Shown one piece after another: positions 43,490 through 54,522 of a stretch of DNA of 64,000 bases. Positions within the stretch are counted from its first letter, which is position 1; the number at the start of each line of letters is the position of its first letter. This DNA is from Picochlorum sp. SENEW3 (taxonomy: Eukaryota), in NCBI GenBank assembly GCA_034226945.1, contig CP120460.1, positions 744,001 to 808,000 on the forward strand, given 5' to 3'. The position numbers and the translations under genes were made by a program. A model generated the notes under the pieces. It ran no database searches and was not told where the DNA came from. It saw only the letters and a program-made list of their open reading frames with translations.

Positions 43490-44161
43490 ATGAGGACAGC
43501 GTTGCGTGGTCTTTGTTGGAGGGATTTGAATTCTGCTCTTGTTGAACAATCGAACAGCACAAGGGGAAGAATTGCTTCATCATATTTCTCAACGACATCT
43601 TCGAATCATGGGACAGATTCCAAGGATATCATTGATGGATGCCTTCGAGTAGACCACGTGTCCGTTCAAGCAGTAGCGTCATTCTTCAAGGGCATGGCCA
43701 TAACACGACGGCATGCTCCAGACATTCAATCTGCACTCGAGGTGGAACAGCAGTTCAAAGAGAATGTCTCAGATCTCATGCATGCGTCATCCAGTAGGCC
43801 ATCGCTTCTCCAACCAGTTACACAGGCATGCTTTGGAGCAGCTGGTCTTTTGGTGGGTGCCACAGCCAGGGCAACGGAACGAGACAGCGTCGTTGCTGGC
43901 ATATACGATGCATTAGTTGATGTATATACAGATCAGTTGAGGGAGATTCGAGAATCAGGGTCCAAGGATGATACCAAGATCAGGGTATTGCTACGAAAAC
44001 TCAGGGATGTCCACGAATCCTCCCTCCCCGACGGCACACTGCCCATTCCAGACGTGGTATCCCTTTCTTCATCTGATTCTCATATCCAACCATCCCAGTA
44101 CGCATCCCTCCTTGCCAAGGAAGCAACGCTGCGCGTGTTACATCTATCAAAAACACTATAG
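43490..44161 (+). CDS. COQ7-like mitochondrial protein (degenerate di-iron site)
   Basis: Presequence-like N-terminus. LRVDH, RPSLLQP, YTDQLRE and KLRD align with COQ7 motifs RVDHAGE, RPTAL.P, HYNDQ.R and FRDEE.EH. Confidence 0.6.
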   Translation: MRTALRGLCWRDLNSALVEQSNSTRGRIASSYFSTTSSNHGTDSKDIIDGCLRVDHVSVQAVASFFKGMAITRRHAPDIQSALEVEQQFKENVSDLMHASSSRPSLLQPVTQACFGAAGLLVGATARATERDSVVAGIYDALVDVYTDQLREIRESGSKDDTKIRVLLRKLRDVHESSLPDGTLPIPDVVSLSSSDSHIQPSQYASLLAKEATLRVLHLSKTL

Positions 44162-44169
44162 TAGTAGCA

Positions 44170-44192
44170 GTATTATTATTATTATTATTATT
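44170..44192. repeat. (TAT)n microsatellite in the short gap between convergent genes
   Basis: Seen directly. A similar (TAT)n/(AAT)n run lies at about 44849-44868. Confidence 0.85.
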
Positions 44193-44847
44193 CTTTCGCT
44201 CGTTTAAATTCATCCGACTGCGTCGTAAATGATTCCCCACACCCACACGTCCCAGCTGCATTTGGATTCACAAACACAAACTCTGCCCTCAAATCATCCT
44301 CCACATAGTCCATCCGTGTCCCCAACACATGCATAATAGCCCCTGCATCCACCAACATCCTCACCCCATACGGCTGACTATAATCTACCTCTTCATCAAA
44401 CTTCTTCTTGGTCGAATCGTAGTTGAGCGTATATGCTAGACCATTACAACCCCGGCGCTTCACCCCCAACCGTATATACACATCATCATCACCACTCTTC
44501 GCTTCCTTCCTATGCTTCTCTAACAACATGCGCATTCTCTCCAGAGCAGAGTCTGTCAATTCAACAATGGATGCTTTCTTTCGTCGCCGAGGGCTCCCCA
44601 AGCTATCCTTTTTGTCCTGTTCCATGTGTTGATTCGCAACAGTCTCCATGGTGGGGTTCTTTTCCCCATCTTCAGTACCTCGTTTTTCTTCAACTACATT
44701 GGTACTATACCAACTCCCTTGTCCATGCCAATGCGTCGCCTGTAAGGTTTGTAGTAGGGTCGATATGTGTGGTTGGTCACTTGGAGGACCATGACCAAAT
44801 AGAATGCAATCTCGTATCACTCCGTATCTCCTCAGGAGAGCAGCCAT
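44188..44847 (-). CDS. ISCA1: Mitochondrial A-type Fe-S cluster assembly protein (IscA/ISCA1)
   Basis: LTDSA, GVKRRGCNGLAY, GTRMDY, F.F.NPNA..TCGCGESF. Likely start is MAALLRR at 44847. Confidence 0.92.
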   Translation of the reverse strand: MAALLRRYGVIRDCILFGHGPPSDQPHISTLLQTLQATHWHGQGSWYSTNVVEEKRGTEDGEKNPTMETVANQHMEQDKKDSLGSPRRRKKASIVELTDSALERMRMLLEKHRKEAKSGDDDVYIRLGVKRRGCNGLAYTLNYDSTKKKFDEEVDYSQPYGVRMLVDAGAIMHVLGTRMDYVEDDLRAEFVFVNPNAAGTCGCGESFTTQSDEFKRAKE

Positions 44848-45157
44848 TTTATTATTATTATTATTATTGTTACTCTTTTTTTCTATTAAGATGTGCTCAT
44901 GTGCTGGTCCGTGGATGATGAAAACCATCATCATCATCATAGAGCAAGGCGCCCTTAAGGGCAAGCTTGCCGAGGGCCCTCAGGGCCAGATCTCCATGGA
45001 GATCTCCATGATTATTCGTATACCTACCGGTATATGGTATGGTTGATGATGAATTTTTTTCTCATCCCATTTTTTACATTGTTGCATCTATCCAGTAAAT
45101 TCCATGCATTGGTATTGATAGTGATTCCTACCACTAAAGTTGCAATTTGCATGGACC

Positions 45158-45932
45158 ATGAAATTAAAACAATTGGAATCCATGCTTCAGGTGCGATTGA
45201 ATTCATCCTTCATAATTAATATTATTAATGTATATTAACGTTTCACCATATGGTATTGATGGATAGGATGTGGCTGTGTTTCGGGATCCAAAGGTGGAGT
45301 TGGAGCAGTATCCCACGGGTGCCCACCTGGCGTCGAGGTTGCTCTATACTGTACGTGTCTGGTTGCGTGTATGTATGTATGTCTTCAAGGAGGTATAGAG
45401 TATATATTGAATGTGTGCATTGGTATAGGCGGCGACGTCGTTTGATGATGTGGAGAGCAAGCTGGTGGTGGACTTGGGGTGTGGGACTGGAATGTTGAGT
45501 ATTGGTGCTGCGCTTCTGGGTGCTGGGCATGTTCTGGGTATTGATGCGGATGGAGATGCGCTGTGTATTGCTCAAGAGAATTTGGATGAGTATGAAGGGA
45601 TGCCTGTGGATTTGGTGTGTGCTCGGGTGGAACACACTGCTAGTGTGGTGTCTGCGGATACTGTGATTACAAACCCTCCGTTTGGAACTCGTTCGAAAGG
45701 GGCTGATATGGAGTTTCTTCGAGCTGCGTTTCGTATATCGAGACATAGTGTGTATTCGTTGCATAAGACATCGACGAGAAAGTATATTGCCAAGTATGCG
45801 GTGAATGTGTTGGGTGCATTGTCAGCAGAGCCTGTTGCGCAGTTGAGGTATGATTTGCCGGCGTCGTATTCGTTTCATACGATGGCTTCCAAGGATATTG
45901 AGGTTGATGTGTGGCGTTTTGAAGTTCCATAG
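45158..45932 (+). CDS. METTL5: METTL5-like 18S rRNA m6A methyltransferase, 3 exons
   Basis: Spliced MKLKQLESMLQ|DVAVFRDPKVELEQYPTGAHLAS..|..VDLGCGTGML..NPPFG..YSLHKTSTR..LP.SY.FH..DIEVD. Confidence 0.9.
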
Positions 45933-46130
45933 GTGTATACATCAATACTAATAATAATAATATATTCTTGAGGCACACGTGATATTATTTATTGATTCCC
46001 ATGTTGGTACTGTGTGTGTGAATATGCATGTGCATGGAAAAGGATATTACTACACCATACATGCATACGAGATGGATCTGTCGCGACCTGAAGATACTCA
46101 GGTATATATATATATATAGAATCTTATTGC

Positions 46131-46902
46131 TTAGCCAGATGTGGCAAAGGAAAACGAGGAGGAGGAGCTTGTACCAGGTCCAACTGATGTCTTTGTCTGT
46201 GTTGATGTTTTGGCGGAAGGTCCGGTTGCTTGAGCCTGTGCTGTTGCCTCTGCCACACTCTGATCATTGGATGCGCGGGACTCTGCAAGACTCTGCGCAA
46301 TGGCATTCTTTCCACACAGGTTGGTTGCCTCTGATTCTGCCTTTGAGGCAGAGGTGACAAAGGCATTCCCTTGTCCAATACTTTCGGCGTGGGATTTGGC
46401 ATTTGCCAGTGCGATACCAAGATTCAAGCAGCAAGCGTCGGATGCGAGGACGACAGCCTTGGTGGCAGCCTTGGCTTCAGCAGAGTCCTTGCCAGCAGCA
46501 AACGCCTTGCTCAAAGCTTCTGCTGTTGTTGGCTTTGATGCAAACTTGCAAATGCAGTCCAAAAAGTATTCTGGCGTGTTGGTTGTTGTCTGAGCACCAG
46601 TCATTGCCTCGCCTTGATCGACAGAAGCTTCGGATGCAGCTTGTGCAGCTGCACTCGGGGGCTGTCTGAATGGCCACCATGAGGATGACGGTGTGCTCCA
46701 ACTGAATGCATCAGACCTTGCAGAATTCTGCATCAGCTTTCTGGAACCTGAATGAAAGCAGTAACGTAGTTATATGTACAAGTATCATGTGCTAAGAAAA
46801 AGGCCAACACGGCATACCTTGTTTGAGTCCATGAACTTGATTTGGACTGGTGGCCACGAGCAAGGAGACCATAGCAAGAAGAAGAATCATATGCTTTGCC
46901 AT
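46131..46902 (-). CDS. Secreted Ala/Ser-rich protein, 2 exons
   Basis: Exon 1 46902-46818 (signal peptide MAKHMILLLAMVSLLVA), intron 46817-46748, joined in frame as GSRKLMQ to ORF 46131-46733. Confidence 0.7.
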
Positions 46903-47207
46903 AATGATACTGTTGATGAGCAGTTGTATACACGTAAATGTAAGACGAAAGATGCAATGTATTTTTAGAATTGATGTGTGTGCATCTGTTCAGGTTGCAC
47001 GCGTTTATATGATTTCCATGCAAGTCCTCACTGCATCATCCAGAGTCAAATTCCAGGATTTTCCACCTGTCACCATTCTGGGATGGATCGATTCGTTTTG
47101 CCACGAGGCCAACGGCTTCCGCCACAACCAGCAGCAGCAGCAGCAATCAAGACGGTAGGAAAAAACACTGAGAGATCATGGGATGTATCCTACAAGCATT
47201 GTCAAAG

Positions 47208-48412
47208 CTACAAGGTGCCGATGAGACCCCGCTCTCCGACACAGCTGCTATAGTCCTCTAGCTGGGCAGGCGACGATATGCTCACGTCCACCTCTAAACC
47301 CTTTCTTGTCACTCGATACGGTATTTCTACAACAGGTGCAGATGATGATTTCGTCACGAGCAAGGATCGCCCCGGGCCTTTGTCGCTTTGCGTTGCAGTC
47401 AACTCCAACCTGGTGTTGACAGCATGAGCCCACATGGGACCCAGGGCTGCCACCAACGTACTCTTTCCATCTTTGAATTGAGTAGTGATCTGATTCGTAA
47501 CGAGAACCGGAATACGGAAAGATTCCGCCAGGGATTTCAAGGCAGACGCCTGTTGACCCAACAGTTTTTGCCGGTCCCAGAGGGTGCTTCCTCCAAACTC
47601 TGCCCGTGCCAAGGATGCTATGCTATCAATCACTATAAGCACTATATTCAGACTAATAATGGCACTTTGAAGACCCTATATATGAATATTCATACCATGA
47701 ATGCATCAGATCAATGAAACTGGACACAGACATGCATTTTTCCTTTCCCAAGAGTAGTGTTTTACTAAAAAGAGATGTATACACCGCATACCTGTAAAAT
47801 ATCGAGTAAATTGTGCGAGGATGTCGGCACCTGAACGATAACACGCTTTAGCATTTCCCCTATAGCTCCTTTTTCTGCAAAACTCTCTGGAAAACGAGAT
47901 ATACCAATCTCTGACAGCCTCTCCCCACTAAATTTCTTCTCTGTATCAATATACAGCACTTTACCCTGTGTGTCCAGTCTATCCAAGCAGCCCATGACAC
48001 ACATGCCCAGACAAAACTGAGTCTTACCCAAACCAGCAGGCCCAACTATTTCTGTCACCCTACCAGCCTCAATCCCCCCGCCCAAGACTTGATCAAGAGG
48101 GTCAATAAGCGTCCTGAGGTGCCCACCTGGACCCTCCAATAACGCCCTTGCCTGCGCACATACCAACTTATTAGGTCAAATCTAAACACATATGATACCA
48201 ATAAAACATACGGTCACGGGTTTGGGCGCAATCAATGCCCCAACTGCCCCCAATAGAATTTGAACATCGTCCAGCGAGATGTCAAGAATCTCCTTCAGAT
48301 CCCACAGTGTTCTCCCAAACAAATCTTTCACTGTATAAATATCATAGTATTCTAATCTCTCGACCACACGTGGCTCCAAAGAACACCTCGTCAAGGGTCG
48401 AGCACTTTGCAT
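47208..48412 (-). CDS. RAD51B: RAD51 paralog (RAD51B-like), 3 exons
   Basis: LDQVLGGGI..TEIVGPAGLGKTQFC (Walker A), YIDTEKKFS, IVIDSIASL.R.EF (Walker B), VLVTNQ, AALGPMWAHAVNTRL. Confidence 0.85.
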
Positions 48413-48504
48413 TAGTATTCTCTACCAGGATTCTCATTCCCAAGAACAACACCAAGCTCGTTATCGAATGATCAATATCACCATCGTACACAATTATCTT
48501 TATA

Positions 48505-50196
48505 TTAAATACATTTTAGAAGCGCATAGTAATGTAAAGATACAAATAGATTGTCGAATTGGTCTGTAATGGATTCCAGAAAACTGGATGCAACGGTTGC
48601 AAACATCAACCAAGCTACATCCATGGGTCCATGGGGGGTGCCTGGTGGTAAGATGAACATGTATGCCAATATCCAACTGAAGATGATGGAAACGATACCA
48701 GCAAGGCTGCCTTCTAGGGTCTTGTTGCAATTGTAGGCAATCTTTGTCCTTCCATACAAGGTACCCACAATGGATGCCATGGCATCCCCAACACCAGTGG
48801 CCATGATCCCTGCAAGGCTCGCAAAGCGAGCATATGGATCATCCCATGGCTGGGATATCCAGATGGGAAGAGCAAGGCCCAGTAGTAATGTCATGTGTGT
48901 GACATAAAACACACCACCATCTCGGGAGTCCACAAAGGCACTCATGCATGAATGCACGTATCGGCTCACGTATGGCACATGACTGATGCGTATAATCTCT
49001 AATGCCATAAAGGCAGCAAGCGCGATGGAGAGGGCCATACCCAGTAGACCAGAGTCAAGCACCATGGAGGGAATGAAGAGAATCAGGGCAAGTGCATGGA
49101 ATCCTTTCCGAACTGAACACATGTACGAGTCATAGTGATGAGACAGCGTATCAAATCAAACCGTCATGATATATATCGATATATATATTTATATATATCA
49201 GCGCAAGGAGATGATGTGAGAAAAACAAAACGTACCCATGGTGTGTGGTAGGACAATAGGCATGTCCCGTCTACCCAACATCATCATGAATGGAAGACTC
49301 ACGGATAACGTGGCGATCCAAAATATGATAATCTTCCTTCTATTCATGTCATATATAATATGCTCTATAAACCATGCCACACCCTCATGGTAATAATGGT
49401 ACACAACAATGCCAACAGCAATGCATGCTGCACCATGCACAGCCCATGAAATACCTCTGCGCCGCTGTACCAACTGATGCACCAGCACAGAAGAAAGAAA
49501 CAGTACCAAACTCATACCCACAACAGACACGATACACAGTGCAATAGGGCTCGTGTATGCCACTCGATCACCCAGCAGGATGCGCCACATTTCCAGCACC
49601 ACATGCACACTGCCAGAGCTCAGTGCCACCCCTTCTCCCAATGTAAATGTAAACGGAGCATATTGCATGATTCCATGAAAACATGCAATACACAGCAGCG
49701 ATATAATCGCGTCATACACGCGCGAATCCGAGTAGGAGAACAAGAGATACACGTATAACACCAGCCCACAGAGAAATATCAACTCATCAGGAATCCACTG
49801 CTGCTTCTCTCTCCCAGATACCCAAGGCAGCATCATTCCTAAGAACAACAAAACACCAAAAGAGCTCAAAGCCATCGTATGACACCCTCCTTGCGTATAC
49901 AGCACCCAAGGTAATAGCAAGGATCCAATCGCCAGTCCACTGGACATGGCATGGCGTTGACCGTAGACTGGACTCGCATCTGCTATCCGCTCTTCAACAA
50001 GAACCGCAAATAAATTAATTAACAAAATCTCTAGGTAACTATACCTCTCTTCCTCAGAAATCTGCCCTCTGCAACAACTACCAAGGAGAAGTGTCGTTCC
50101 GAGACACACCGCATGTTCCAAATACCGAGCATCCAGCGGTATCAACACAGCATTGCTGCCACTGTCATCGTCTTTTTTCACTTTTGTGACTGCCAT
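48505..50196 (-). CDS. Dolichol kinase, 2 exons
   Basis: Intron 49235-49113. VRKGFH, FVDSRD, H..LL.G.A.P, GVGDAMASIVG, KTLEGS, DNL; polytopic membrane protein. Confidence 0.87.
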
Positions 50197-50641
50197 TGCA
50201 TTCTATGAATCAGATGTAGACAAGAGTTGTGTTTTCATCCATTTTTCAAACACACAGTGTTTGATACAGTGCTTGTTCTGGATCGTCTTCTTCTTCTTGG
50301 TTTCTCTGAACCAAATATATACATGTTATATTCTCTTATGAAGTATATCTAGTTCAAGAAGGCTGCAAATGAAGGGAAACTGTTTGATAACGGCATATTC
50401 CCGAATTACTTCGCAACAATCATTGTGCTATTGAATAGTATTGTCGGTGTCTTCACCATGCAGGATTGTTGATCTGATACCTCTGGTAACACCTATGAAG
50501 TATATTTCATTTCATGTAGTATTAATTAATCAATCCTCGATAGATAGATTGGGTCAGAGCACGTATGAGGTCCCGCTGACTGGCAAGCGAATATTCTTTT
50601 TGCCCTTCTGCGACGTGTACGGCAATTGATACCAAGACGCC

Positions 50642-51754
50642 ATGAATGCCACAACACAGCAAGTAGAGTTTCATGAGCAACCTCTAGAGTCGGCGGTCGA
50701 TCAAGGACTTGCTCGGCGGTTGAAACGTCAGCATACCCTCTTGTTCGTTGGCGTTGGCTCGCTCCTCCTCGTCCTTGGCCTGTTTGAGTTGGTTGTGTCA
50801 CTTCCTTCTTTAGTATCAAATAATACAGACGATAGGATGGCATTCTTGGTTCTGGGGGACTGGGGACGACGGGGAGAGTTCAACCAAAGCTTGGTTGCAG
50901 ATGCCATGGCTAGGAAGGCTGCTCTGGTGGGGCCAGATTTCATCGTATCCACTGGGGATAATTTCTATGAATCTGGTCTGACATCACCAGATGATGTGGA
51001 TTTCGATGCGTCGTTTCGTGAGGTGTATCATCACAAAAGAGCCCAAGTGCCTTGGTATGCAGTTCTTGGAAACCATGATTATGGGGAGGTGGACGAGCCA
51101 GAGAAAGGACCATCGGATTGTCCTAAGAATAAGAAGAAAGAGTGCTTCTATTCACCACTGCATCAGATGGATGTTAAGCTGAAGGAGAGAGATTCCCGGT
51201 GGCACTGTTCCAGATCATTTGCATTAGAAGACCCATCACAGTTTGTTGACATATTCTTTATTGATACTACCCCAATCCTTACCAGTAAGTATAATAATGT
51301 GCCGTGGGCGACGAATAGAGGCGGTGTTCTCGATCAAGACTGGCAATCTCAGCTGGAAGAGCTGGAAGGACAACTGTCTCGCTCCAAGGCAACGTGGAAG
51401 TTGTTGGTTGGCCATCACCCAATTCATTCGAACCATATAAAGACGAGACAATTTGAAGAAATGGTCGCTGCAGTGGAACCCCTTATCGATAGGTATAATG
51501 TGGATGCATACTTTTGTGGCCATGATCATAATTTGCAGCACATTCAGAAGAACAAGGTGGGCTATCATCAAATCACTAGTGGTGCTGGAAGTCAAATCGG
51601 CACAGGGTTCTTCTCGCAGAAGGATTCCCCATTCCAGTACGATAAGAATGGGTTTGTATCCGTCGAGATTCGTGGGAATGACATGGTCATTGAGTATTTT
51701 GGTATTGACTCTGATGATCCGCTCTTTTCCACAACTGTACATGCTCGAAAGTAG
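50642..51754 (+). CDS. Small purple acid phosphatase (ACP5/TRAP-like metallophosphoesterase), type II anchored
   Basis: GDWG, GDNFY, GNHD, VGHH, GHDH metal-ligand motifs. Confidence 0.92.
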   Translation: MNATTQQVEFHEQPLESAVDQGLARRLKRQHTLLFVGVGSLLLVLGLFELVVSLPSLVSNNTDDRMAFLVLGDWGRRGEFNQSLVADAMARKAALVGPDFIVSTGDNFYESGLTSPDDVDFDASFREVYHHKRAQVPWYAVLGNHDYGEVDEPEKGPSDCPKNKKKECFYSPLHQMDVKLKERDSRWHCSRSFALEDPSQFVDIFFIDTTPILTSKYNNVPWATNRGGVLDQDWQSQLEELEGQLSRSKATWKLLVGHHPIHSNHIKTRQFEEMVAAVEPLIDRYNVDAYFCGHDHNLQHIQKNKVGYHQITSGAGSQIGTGFFSQKDSPFQYDKNGFVSVEIRGNDMVIEYFGIDSDDPLFSTTVHARK

Positions 51755-51917
51755 ATATTATTATTGAATTTTTTTCTGTATTCGTAAGACGGTTTTGTTC
51801 GCTGATTGTAGACGTGGTGATATTGACGTGCGCTCGACACGCGCCACAGTTGTCGGCTACCTTCTTTGAATTCCTGCGATACATTGCCCGATCTCTGTGA
51901 CATATAGTATATTGAGT

Positions 51918-53003
51918 ATGCATAGATTGGGATCATTGGTGAGGAAGACTGTGTTTCGCGTGGGATTAGGTTCTGCTGCAGTAGGAGCAAAAAAGGGAGT
52001 GTCTGAGAAGACCACTACTCGACTGATGTCTCAGGCTGTGGATAGACCCGAGAGTGAAGTATTGATATCTTCTAGCTTTGGGTCCCAATCTATTTGGAAA
52101 GAAAGGTTGGAGGAGGCTGGTTTGACTGTGAGGCTTCCTGGAGAGGATGTCTCAAAGGTGGAAGTGGCTATTGTGTTCAATCCTCCTCAAGGGGTGCTCG
52201 AACCCTGTATGAATCTCAAAGCTGTGCAAAGTCTTGGTGCAGGGGTAGACTTTATGATGGAAGATCCTACCATCATCGCGAAGAATGTGCCCCTGATGAG
52301 GATCGTGGACCCATTGATGGCTGAGCGAATGAGTACGTTTTGTGTATGGGCGGTGACAAATATACAGCGAAAATGCGATGCATACTATGAAGCTCAGATG
52401 GATTGTCGATGGGACAAATCAGTCGAGAATTATAAGAATATAGATAATAAGGATGTTCGGATAGGTGTCATGGGCCTTGGCGTTATGGGGAATCATGTGG
52501 CAAAGACGCTGAGTATGCTGGGGTACCCTGTGCGTGGATGGACTCGGACACCAAAAGATAGTCGTGCATTTGGTGAGAAGGTGCAGTTGTATCATGGTGA
52601 TGAGCAATTTGTTGATTTTGCAAGCAACAGTGATATCGTCATAAATTTACTGCCTCTGACTCCCCAGACCAAGGGAATATTAAACTCGAGGCTGTTTGAT
52701 GCGATGCCCCGTGGAGGTGCAGTGATGAATCTTGCGAGAGGTGCTCACTTGGTGGCAGATGACCTGCTTGATGCACTCGAGCGTGGGCAACTAGAGGCAG
52801 CAGTGTTGGATGTCTTTGTCAAAGAACCACTGCCACCCACATGTCCGTTCTGGAAGCACCCAAAGATACGCGTGTTTCCTCATATGAGCAGTGTGACTGA
52901 TATTCCAAATGGAGTGGAGCAGATACTGAGAAATAGAAGCCTGATATTGTCCAATAAACCTCTCCCTCCTGGGGTGCAAGCTCATGTTGATGTGGGGTAC
53001 TGA
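51918..53003 (+). CDS. Glyoxylate/hydroxypyruvate reductase A-like D-2-hydroxyacid dehydrogenase, organelle-targeted
   Basis: GAGVD, GLGVMG, GWTRT, LLPLTPQT, NLARGAHL, LDVF..EP, PH. Confidence 0.85.
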   Translation: MHRLGSLVRKTVFRVGLGSAAVGAKKGVSEKTTTRLMSQAVDRPESEVLISSSFGSQSIWKERLEEAGLTVRLPGEDVSKVEVAIVFNPPQGVLEPCMNLKAVQSLGAGVDFMMEDPTIIAKNVPLMRIVDPLMAERMSTFCVWAVTNIQRKCDAYYEAQMDCRWDKSVENYKNIDNKDVRIGVMGLGVMGNHVAKTLSMLGYPVRGWTRTPKDSRAFGEKVQLYHGDEQFVDFASNSDIVINLLPLTPQTKGILNSRLFDAMPRGGAVMNLARGAHLVADDLLDALERGQLEAAVLDVFVKEPLPPTCPFWKHPKIRVFPHMSSVTDIPNGVEQILRNRSLILSNKPLPPGVQAHVDVGY

Positions 53004-53604
53004 TTGATGTGAAAGCATGGCTATTCCCATCCAATCCGCCATTAATGCGAGAGTGTAATATTTATATTTGTAAAATTAATATATATACATCGGCGTCATC
53101 CGAGTATAGAGTAGTAGTACTTGTCGAAAGACACACCTGGGAGAAGCAAGGAAGACCACACCATGGCCTCGGATGGTAGGTTGACAATGTGCGATCGATC
53201 GTCACGTGTATATGCTCAACAATAATAGTGTAATACTTCAGGAAGTCAACCAGTGAAATGGGCTGGTCAGGCGTTTTCGTATTTGATGCACCACCCACAG
53301 AATCCACATGGGAGTGATTCGTACTACAAGGCATCGCAACGTACGTGCATTGGTACAGAGTACATGTCTATGTTCTTTTGATGATCGATATGGGTATGAC
53401 TTGCAGGGGAACAGGCCGAGAGTGAGGCACCTCGTCAAGGAAATGTGGGGACGTGGCAAGGACCAGCACCACCAGGGCAGGGTATTGCTCCACGACATGT
53501 ACGATGATTACTGTTTGGCGATGAATTCATGTGATCTTCTTGAACATATATTATTGATACAGGCTCAAGATAACCATGAGGCTGTGATAACATCGTCGTG
53601 CGTG

Positions 53605-54522
53605 ATGTCAGAGCCAGAAGATGTCATGTTGAGGGGAGGTGCACGAATGCCCCTTCTGGGGCTTGGAACATTCAAGATTCAGGATGCCTCTGTGGTGACA
53701 CAGGCACTCGAGATTGGATACAGACACATTGATTGTGCTCGTATTTATGGCAATGAGGATGTTGTTGGTGAAGGACTGAAGGACTTTTTGGCTGCTGGTG
53801 AGGAGGCGAGAAGGTCACTGTGGATCACGTCCAAGGTTTGGAATGATTCTCATAGGCCAGAGGATGTGGTAAAGTCCGTAGATGCTACACTAAAAGATCT
53901 AGGTTGTGGATATCTGGATCTGTTGCTGATTCATTGGCCAGAGGCTTGGTTGCCAGGCACAGAGGAACCAGACACAACAGTAACCATCAAGGATACATAT
54001 CAAGCAATGGAACGATTGGTGGGAGAGGGTAAAGTGAGGTTTTTGGGTGTATCTAATTTTAGCTTGGCCCAGATCGAGGATGTTCTGTCTTGGTGCACAG
54101 AAAAACCTGTGGTCAACCAAATTGAGCTTCACCCCATGCTGCCACAAAGAAAACTCGTTGGTGTCTCTTGCAGAAAAGGCGTGCACTCTGTCGCATACTC
54201 CCCCCTTGGTGTAGGTGGTGAAGAGCTCCTCAATCACCCTACAGTGACAAAGATTGCACAGGAAACTGGCAAGAGCAATGCCCATGTTCTCCTCAAATGG
54301 AATGTCCAGCGTGGTGTGGCAGTCATTCCAAAGGCCAGCAGTGAAAAACATTTGAGGGACAATTTTGTGGATTTATTCACATGGAGGCTTACGTGGGACC
54401 AAAAGGCAGCATTAGATGCCTTGGAGAAGCCTGGTAAGAGGTTTATTGACCCATCATTCCACGTCTGGGCAGATGTTGAGGAGGGAGGAGCCAAAAAGCC
54501 CTCTGCAGTGTTTAACTATTAA
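53605..54522 (+). CDS. Aldo-keto reductase
   Basis: MPLLGLGT, GYRHIDCA.IYGNE, TSKVW, DLLLIHWP, GVSNFS, NQIELHP, AYSPLG, IPKAS. Likely start is MSEPED at 53605. Confidence 0.92.
   Translation: MSEPEDVMLRGGARMPLLGLGTFKIQDASVVTQALEIGYRHIDCARIYGNEDVVGEGLKDFLAAGEEARRSLWITSKVWNDSHRPEDVVKSVDATLKDLGCGYLDLLLIHWPEAWLPGTEEPDTTVTIKDTYQAMERLVGEGKVRFLGVSNFSLAQIEDVLSWCTEKPVVNQIELHPMLPQRKLVGVSCRKGVHSVAYSPLGVGGEELLNHPTVTKIAQETGKSNAHVLLKWNVQRGVAVIPKASSEKHLRDNFVDLFTWRLTWDQKAALDALEKPGKRFIDPSFHVWADVEEGGAKKPSAVFNY

Noticed and set aside
44848..44964. Poly-Met/poly-Asn N-terminus of ISCA1
   Set aside because: It is a translation of (ATG)n/(AAT)n microsatellites upstream of the plausible start at 44847.
44948..45030. 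Polylinker/vector contamination (KasI, AflII, HindIII, ApaI, BglII, NcoI, AgeI sites in a row)
   Set aside because: The sites are centres of longer overlapping palindromes, there is no vector backbone nearby, and similar chains occur at other intergenic sites. VecScreen was not run.
53308..53604. 99-aa N-terminal extension of the aldo-keto reductase
   Set aside because: It has no recognisable targeting or domain features, and AKR homology starts at MSEPED (53605). It is probably UTR or intron.
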